A stretch of DNA of 58,946 nt, the filler included, from Dugesia japonica (Eukaryota): NCBI GenBank assembly GCA_001938525.1. It is 5 parts of 5 records of this genome, joined end to end, with 100 filler letters (N's around TTAATTAATTAA, not from the genome) between each part and the next. Parts side by side here need not be neighbours in the genome. Positions count along the whole stretch, not along the records: positions 50,209 to 58,946 come from MQRL01514373.1; 4 more parts are not named here. One strand, given 5' to 3'. The notes beneath the pieces were generated by a model, which was given only the letters and a program-made list of their open reading frames with translations, did no database searches and was not told the DNA's origin. Made by a program: the position numbers and the translations under genes. Shown in pieces: positions 50,209 through 58,946 of this stretch (its first letter is position 1; each line of letters opens with the position of its first letter).

Positions 50209-53200
50209 AATATTATTGATGTATATTTATTAAGGTCACCCAGGGTGACATTTAAAATTTGAAAGATCTCAGTCATTTCAAATTCAAACGACACGGAGGC
50301 TGCACAAGATAAATAAAATGCACTGAGATGTATTAATAAATTGTGTTTTCAGTTCAATGATTTTAGTGGGTGCTCGCAGTGAGCAACGAAGCCCACTAGA
50401 ATTCAAAAAAACCTATAAAAGTAAACGTAACAAATGAAAAAAACTAACTAACAAACAAACTAACTAACTCTAAAAAAATAGAAAACGCAAACGCAAGCTC
50501 ACTATTTTTGTGCTAATTTGTGCAATCAATTTTCAACTTAATCAGAAGGAAACGTTTCAGAATTTGCTTGAAAAGATTATTAATCAGCTACAAAAATTAT
50601 CTTCAAAAAGTCAAACATTAGCAAAATTCATCAAGTAAATAGTGAAAAAGAAAAATTTATCATGTTTGCTCATCCGAGGTCTTCCACCCATCACGGCATT
50701 AATGATAAAAGAAAATAAATAGCTTCCTAATTAGTNNNNNNNNNNNNNNNNNNNNNNNNNNNNNNNNNNNNNNNNNNNNNNNNNNTAGCTAAATATTAAA
50801 ATTGTAAACACGAAGTAATGATGTAATCAAACGAAGCAATGATCTGTAATCGAAAAATAAATATATGAAGTTCAATTATGAGTATGAGAGGTAAAAATGA
50901 ATGAATTGAAATTTGTATCCCATTATGCATTTGATGGTGATGGTCTGGAGCGCTGCGGAAGGGGGTAAGCTTATCATTTTTTATTATGTATTAATTGTGA
51001 TGTTTATCTTTATCACACTAATTATATTTTAGTTAAGTTTTAATTTATTTTATAATTATTTTTATTATTATGATTATAATAGTGATTATTTTAATTTATT
51101 ACAAATAATTATTAAATCTTGATATTAAAAAAGTCAAGAAAAGGAATGATTCTAGTTTTTCTTTGATTTAATTATTCTAATAAATAATGATAACGTAGTT
51201 GTTGGTTGATAAAAATCCATAGCTTTCTTAGACGTGTAAATCGTTATTAATAATTTCATTTTTATTAGTAAGCCTAGTTGTAGATAATATTCTCATTACC
51301 TTATACTTTTATAAAATATTAGGAATGTTTTAATAATATTTGGATGAGATTTTTTCAATAAAGGCGTATTAAAGACATCAACGTTATTTCACNANATGAT
51401 AATCATAATATTAATTGTTCCTAAGACGAAAGAGTATTTCCTATCAAAAAGGAATTTTTGGANATGAGATANTTTGTTNAACTGAACAAAGAAACGGAAG
51501 AAGGTAGTTCTTAAAATTAGGAAGCTTAGATTTGTCTAGGATTGCTATCGAATAAGACATAATCATTATTAATATTAAAATTTTTTTATTGATTTTTCTT
51601 TACGATTGATAATGTTATTTAATTATGATTTTTATTATTAGTTCATTATAATTAGTTTATTGAAAAATTGATTTGGTAATAATATTTTNNTAACATTGAT
51701 TTTTAATTATTGATGATTTTTATCTAATTAGGATTTTACTATTATTTCATAATCTTTAGTTTACTGAGTAATTAATATAAAATGTTTAATTTGAAGTTAA
51801 TGGTTTTAAAGAATTCATCAAATAATGGTTTTGTTCACAATGGTTTGATGCTCACTTTTTAAGAATAAATGTTTTAATAGAGACTTTAAATAAATATTTA
51901 AAATGAATTACGCGACTTAAAATCAGTCCTAATAACTATCCACACGCATCCCAAAGGAGGAAGTAGAATACCCTGAGGACAATAAGGTATTAAGTCCTCA
52001 CAGCGGAATTTTAACTCCTGTTTCGCTGAAATAACAATAGTTATCGGAGAGATCGAGTGTAGAGTAAAGGAATTAACGATTTCATTCGTAAATTCATATT
52101 GAGTTCAGAGTTGTNNNNNNNNNNNNNNNNNNNNNNNNNNNNNNNNNNNNNNNNNNNNNNNNNNTTCTGTGAAGACGAGATACCGCGTAGTCTCGCTGAA
52201 CTTGGTAATGGGGGATCGTGATGTAGGAGAAGACATCACAAATGTCTGTGGTTACTAGGTGTCATCCCCCAGATAATCTTTTCTTTTAAAATACAACATA
52301 GCATCAAAAATTTAGATACGCAGGAGTGAATATAGCTAACATCAAAAGCCTAGTAACCCAACAAAATGATGATGAAGAAAATTGCTTATGTCATGAAATT
52401 GTTGGAAATNNNNNNNATGATGGTTTTAAAAGAAACAAAGATGAGAATGAATAATAAGGTCATCAAGTAAGAAAGTCATTTAATAAATGAGGAAACAATG
52501 AGGTGGAATCGAAGTTTAGAAAAATTAAGTAATAATATTTGAGTAATCAATGAAATTGAAAAGAGATGAAATGATACTGATGAAACAAACTTGAAGAGAT
52601 TAAATTGATAGTTAAGCATGAGAACGACCCTCCCCTTACTCGCCGGAAAAAAACTGGGCTGAACTTTGACCTGATTCTGAAATTTGTACGTTGTAAAAAT
52701 CCAACGTATCGTTTAAGATAAATAACATCCAGTCACTGAACGTATAATGAATGTTATTATTTTATAACATCACCCATTTAAAATTATAAGTCCTCATATG
52801 ATTATTGATTTTAAAATTTTCAGTTTTTCAGATTAATTAATGAATTTATTTCTGTCTAGGGTCATAACTAAACTCCTGGAGTATTTGTAACACATTTGTG
52901 CGATGCCCTTCTTTTTTTCGATTAAGTGCGACATTTCAGTATCGCATTTATTGCTCTGTACATGTTCACAAACAGTCAATTATTAGTATATTTTGTATAA
53001 CCTAATTTGAGAGAAAGATTATATATCACTGTCCAAACTTAGCTGAAAATTAAAGAGCCACGTTTTACACCGAAATTCATTAGCCACACTTCAAAACATC
53101 CAAATCTACCAAATCTATCTTTTCGTTTTCCATCTCTTCTTTCTCTCGTTTATAAGTTTTCCAGAGCGTGCAGAGGGTAGCAAAGTTCGTGGCCTTTCTC

Positions 53201-53710
53201 TCAGCATACCTTTTGATAAGATCAACCATTAACTAGTTAGCTCGCTGCAGAGCTATTTCACGATCTTTATGCAGGAGACATTGTATTTCTTATTTGGAAT
53301 TCAGCTGTTTAAGCATAGTGACTTTCGATTTTAACTCTAGTCTTTCTTCTTTCCATTTTTTTGTATTAATAAAGCTTTCTTCTTAGGGATCTGAACTTCA
53401 CTTTCGTTAGTCATTTAATTATTACAGTTAGACATTATCATGCTATCATCACTTTACTGGTTCAACCTTGTTTGTCATAAATTATTTGTTATCATAAATT
53501 CTTTTTGTCATAAATATATTTTGTTATAATAATATTTATTGAAATTTGGTTAAGTTATTTTTTTCTTTATTATTTTAAATAGAATTTTTAATTTTTAAAG
53601 TATTTTTTTATATTTAAAAGATTTTAATCCTTAATGCAAAAATAAATTAATGAACTATATAATTTCATTAGAATTTTGAATCCCATTCAATTTGAAAATA
53701 TCATCTGGAT

Positions 53711-54850
53711 AATGACAAAGTTCAACACAAGACTTCCTTTTGTAAATGAATATAAGTTTGAAAAAGCACCAACGTAGAAGGAATTCATTTATTGGAGATG
53801 CATTATTCCAGAATGCAACTTAAAATTGAAAACAAGCTATGATGCTCTGATCTTCATAAAGGGAGTTCACATTCATATTGCAAAAGAACATCAACAGGCA
53901 GAGAGCAATTTAAACTGTGAAATAAAATAATTGCTACTCACCATTTCTATTCTGCAAATAAATATACGACGTGACAATGATAAAAATGAATACATTGCTG
54001 CGTGAAAACGCAGATAAAGCAGGGATATTGAATAACATACAATCATTTGACAGTGCGAAATCGTCAATTTATTCTCAAAAACACAAAATGTTTCCAGTGT
54101 TTATCCAGTGATAAACAACAATAGATTTTTTGAGCTTGATCTAAACCTTTGTAAAACACTAGAAGGAAACAATTTTTTTATGGATTATTTATCAGATAAA
54201 AGGGAGCTGATTTTTGCTGATATTTTATTTCTTTCAAAGCTAAATCTCAAAAATGCAGTATTCCATATAGATGGAACATTTAAAGNNNNNNNNNNNNNNN
54301 NNNNNNNNNNNNNNNNNNNNNNNNNNNNNNNNNNAGGCCAATATTTTTCTGCTTTATATTGTTTCTTAAATGATAAAGCAGAACGAACTGATGAACAAAT
54401 ATTCATAAAGCTTGTGTTGACGTTAAGGAACAATAATATATTAATCAATCCTAGCAACCTAATCATGGATTTTAAGTATGCTTCATTCAATGCGATTAGA
54501 AAGTTTTGGCCTGAAACTCTCATTAAAGGCTGTTATTTTCATTTTGGGTAAGCTTTATGGAAGAAATTAAACTCAAAAGGTCTCAGACAATTATAAGCCA
54601 GCTCTACCGAGTTTAGATCGGTAGTGAAATTATGTATATATTTGCCTTTAGTATCAATTAATAGACTAGAAAAGGTTTGATCTATTATTTTGTCAAAATC
54701 ATAGAGCATAATATATCTGATTTTTTTAGAATATATTACTAACAATTGAACTTCTAGCTCTAAGCCGATGTTCAATAAAGAGATATGGAATAATTTTGAT
54801 AACATATGCTCGGGTATTAATAATATAGCTGAAGGCCTTCGTTGTTCTAA
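53711..54850 (+). mobile_element. Mutator-like (MULE) transposase remnant with FLYWCH-type zinc finger
   Basis: FIYWRCIIPECNLKLKT..HIH (FLYWCH), FHIDGTFK, IMDFKYASFNAIRKFWPETLIKGCYFHFG*ALWKK and NNIAEG. Confidence 0.9.
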
Positions 54851-56326
54851 GCCCATTGACTGACAGTGTACCTGTAACTCTTTATTCCGTTCATCAATCT
54901 CTAATTTGTAGTTTAACTACACTCCGTTCATCAACCATCACACAGTATCTCAATGTTATTTCTCTCGCCATTCATTAATCATGGATTCAATTTTGACTTT
55001 TTATTGCTTCGCTTCTTGTGTTGCCTTGTCGTTTCATAATTTGTTTTGTATCTTTCCTTAATATCAAACACTAATTTTCCTTCGTGGTTGTGCCTTTTGG
55101 TTCTGAATATTTTTATTATATATCATATACTCAAATTCTCCACTTTGTTTCAACATTAATCCTAATTTATTATTATTTGTCACACATTTGGATTTTCCAT
55201 TTTCATTTCAACATCGAATCAGGGAGCACGATCATCAGACGAATACAGTTAGAATTATTGTTGAAACATTATTACAACCAAAAGTAAAAATTACTTTTCA
55301 AATTAAATATTTTTCTCCAGTAATAATAGATAAAATGTGTTAGTCTTTAAANTTTTATCGTAATATATCGTGTAAAACATTCTCTGTAAAAATAATAAAA
55401 ACGTTTTTTTGCTATTGATAGAAAACTCCATCTCTTTAAATATTAAGTTGACTGGCAATTGATTTGTCTTATCTCTACATCACAATCCGATTTCAGTCAA
55501 CTAATACACATCATTGTAAGCTAGTTCTTATGCGATGCAAAATTGGTAGGTTGATACTCACCAATTCTTTTTAGTGTATGATGACGTCTTTTCAGGTTTC
55601 ACGTCAACACAAGTACTTAAACTTTTATAACCAACAATTTGTTTTTCAGGTTTGTACGAGCAGTTGACTGACAAAAAATTTGGAATTCCAAATTTGCACA
55701 ACTTGCTTGGTAAGTATTCTAATTTTTCCACACTACCGATAATTCTTATTTTCAATTTTAAGTTTGGAAAAGTCATGATGACGAGTACCTGGATCAATGG
55801 CCGAGACACAATATTGATATTTAATTACAATAATGATTAAGCTACTTTTAAATAATTAAAATGAAAATTTATACTTTATTATAATCAAATTGATCCTTTT
55901 TTATGTATATTACACTAATAAAATATTACTTTTAATATACAGCCATATCTACACACTACAGGCATTCACAAATATTAAAATAAATTCAATTTAGTATTTT
56001 CATTTATGGGTTATCAATGCGGAATTTTTTGTTTCAAACATACCATCACAATAAGATAGTATGGCATTCGATTTTCCTTTATCATTTTTATTCATTATTG
56101 TCATTTTCTTTTTCTAACACAGATATAGTTNAATATAATCGGTCCGGCATTCGTTNATCGCGTAACACTCTCGGTGATTCCCTTAGCTTTCTCTTTGTTT
56201 CGTGCTCATCCAATTCTGCTCCTCCTATTCAATTTTATACGGGCTTTCATATTCTAGCTCATATATATATTATAATTACAATTATTGTGAGAATAATTTT
56301 TGGACTTAACTATTGATTGGATTTGA

Positions 56327-56425
56327 GATTTCATTAAAATAAGATAAGGCTTCGATCAAAACAAAATTTATTTTTTTTACAAATAAATTTGTTTTGATCG
56401 AAGCCTTATCTCATTTTAATGAAAT
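56327..56425. repeat. Palindrome built from two inverted Penelope-type end fragments
   Basis: ~42-bp arms ATTTCATTAAAATAAGATAAGGCTTCGATCAAAACAAA / TTTGTTTTGATCGAAGCCTTATCTCATTTTAATGAAAT. Same family as 608-788 and 39575-39637. Confidence 0.75.
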
Positions 56426-58612
56426 ATATATAATTATTAATTGGTTATACTGTCTGTAAGAAAAATCTCAAAAATATGAGAATACTGTTTTGTAAAATAG
56501 TTTCAAACATTAAAAAATGGAAAAGTATTAAAAACTTGTGAAGAGTACATCAAGAATATTTAGCTCTGGTGGATCAACATCAGTAATTTCAAAGAACTTT
56601 TTAACGAAACAAAATATTGATTAAAAATAAAAAAAGGATAAAATTATTGTCAACATACCAATGTTCACAAGATTGCACCTTAAGGGAAGGTGCAAATACG
56701 CGCTCTATAGAAGAATCTCCATCTTTCTAGTGTATTAACGAGCAAAGAAGTTTATTCACACATCTCCTTTCTCTAAACGAGTTAAAATGGTTATTTCCTG
56801 ACCAACTGTAAACAATAAAAAAACAAATTCCAGGTTTTTTAAACTTCAATTTGACTTAAATGCTAAGTCTGTTCAAGAAATATGCAATCGTCATTTGTTA
56901 CCTGAACCACCAATATGTTAGATCTTGTGGGTAGAGAAAACAATTAACTATTTAATCTGACTCCAAATTTTTTAATAAGAAAAGTATATGCGCGTAAGGT
57001 TATAAATATAAATTAGAATAATAATAAATAACTAAGATAACAATTATGTTTTATAAAAACTTTATTCAAATAAATAAATTATATAAAACTAATTAAATTA
57101 CAAATAATAACAATGAGATTGATTTTACGGATTTAGCAAGAACCACTCTATATAAATTTTAATTGAAGTATAAATACCGGCATTACACTACCGTCCTGAT
57201 AAGTTATGAATGGTGGGCCTAAATTTCTTCACCACACGTGTTAACTCAAGATGTGAATTTTTATGAGTGATTTTATAACAGAACACAGATAATATATCAG
57301 TGTTTGAACCACTGTAATATTATCTAANAAAAATTTAATTGATTTAAAGCGAAACAAATAATAATCTAAACAGATTGATATTTGTTCTACANATCAAAAA
57401 TATTACNTTTTACTGCTAGTAATTAGCTCTTTTAAATTTTATTACTGCTTATTAGCCGAACTGCTAATTTAGCTAAAATTTATGCAGGAAAACTACTGAT
57501 TTTCAATCTGTATTTATACTAAATTTAATGTGCATGTGTGTTAATACGCATAAGAAAAAATTAAGAAAAATATTCATTATTAATAAATATAGTAATAATT
57601 TATTTCTCGATTAAGAAATACAAGTAAACAAAAATATTGATTAATTTCTTCTTATTTTGAGTTACTAAATTTAGTAATTTATAAAATTCTTTTAATTAAA
57701 TTGAATTACCTTGAACAAATTAATAGATTGATAAGTTTAAACAAACTGAAGTTTTTTAATAAATTAAATAAAAATGTTATGAATAAATAATTAAATTAGA
57801 TAAATTAGTGTAAGCTTAGCTTACAACCCTAACAAATATTTGAAATAAGATTGCGTAAATCCACCAGCTATAATGAGTGATATCGCCAAATAAATATCTT
57901 ATAGATCAGAATATTTAATATGTGATATTCTTGATATTAAGAATCAAAACAGAAAGATCAAAACAAATATGTCTAATGACATCAGTATTAGGATAGACTC
58001 ATTTAAAAGTGTCAGAACTAGATTTAGGAAAGAATGGTGATAAAAATAAGTGGTTGGAACAGATTTAAACTTGAAGTTTACCTCAATATCAGACTGTAAA
58101 GGGAAACAGAAAAATCTTTTACTTCACATTTCATTCAAGATTTAATTTTCTGGAAGATCTATTTATCAATTAAAAGAAAAATTTAATTCCAAAAAAATAC
58201 CCTACTTTTTAAAAATAAATGGGCAGAAATTAGCACACATATTTGTACTTAGGTCAAATATGTTTGTCAATCAATTTTTCTGTAATTATTAATGTTTTCC
58301 AAATTTAAATTAAAATTTAAATTAAAATTAATTCAATATCAATATTAACGACTGAATAAAATTAATTAATTATAAAACTTTACTTCTTTTTATTCAATAG
58401 GTTTTCTAAATTCTGTAAAATCTTTTAATTTACATTATTATTAATATTTAATTTATCAGGAAGAGCTATTTAAAAGTTTGTGTTATATGATAAAATCAAT
58501 TTTTCTCGATATAAAAACTCTATTGACTTTGTTTAAATATTACACTTTCAACAGATTATTAATTTTTTCAAAATATATTTTATTCAAAACTCATTTTTTT
58601 AAAATTTATTTC

Positions 58613-58894
58613 ATGTGTCGATTTATAAGAAGTCATCCAGTCAGGGCCATTTTTTTCATTTTACTTACTATTTCATCTTTGCATGTAACTTATAAATTAT
58701 TAATTAATTATTCTAATTATGATATACGTGAGAATTTATTACTTAAATATAGCGAGTCAATGACTCGTAATGATTCAGATTCATCAATATCGATTAAAAT
58801 AAATCACGATAATACGGTAAAACTTTAATTTATCGATTTTATGTAATTTTTTTATAGACTAAAGAAATCTGTCATTTGAATTTTAAAAACTTGA
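58613..58894 (+). CDS. 5' exons of a probable type II membrane protein (Golgi enzyme-like topology)
   Basis: MCRFIRSHPVR-AIFFILLTISSLHVTY (short basic N-terminus plus TM). Exon 58613-58816, 41-bp GT-AG intron, in-frame exon 58858-58894, then GTAAGT. Runs off the window. Confidence 0.55.
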
Positions 58895-58946
58895 GTAAGT
58901 AAATAATATATATTTATATGAAATAAAATCCGATTATTTTTTATTG

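Noticed and set aside
1-58946. CRISPR arrays, rRNA/tRNA genes, prokaryotic operons
   Set aside because: None seen. The sequence is intron-containing eukaryotic DNA, and the only regular repeats are microsatellites and linkers.

Overview
Very AT-rich animal (invertebrate, probably flatworm-like; this is an inference) draft genomic DNA. It is not one contiguous locus. Four identical 100-bp spacers (44 N + TTAATTAATTAA + 44 N) join five segments: 1-19233, 19334-31672, 31773-40151, 40252-50108 and 50209-58946. Host genes: the two 3' exons of a Rab27-like GTPase around an 8.4-kb transposon-filled intron; a compact secreted Ig/LDLa gene resembling only the N-terminal part of perlecan; an unidentified membrane-protein gene; and the start of a type II membrane-protein gene. 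Most of the rest is decayed mobile DNA: Polinton integrase and minor capsid, several Ty3/Gypsy remnants, mariner/Tc1, pogo/Tigger, hAT, MULE, a non-LTR RT, and Penelope-type ends carrying minimal hammerhead ribozymes. The main candidate for an undescribed system is an LTR-like element present in two diverged copies. Copy 1 (9227-12805) is complete, with TG...CA inverted termini and a TTTA target-site duplication; copy 2 (16603->19233) is truncated. The element has no recognisable gag/pol. It carries a tandem array of 3-4 small orphan protein cassettes, each built as splice acceptor - ORF - AATAAA, with synonymous-biased divergence in ORF-B, plus a terminal ~180-nt multi-stem structure with compensatory base changes.
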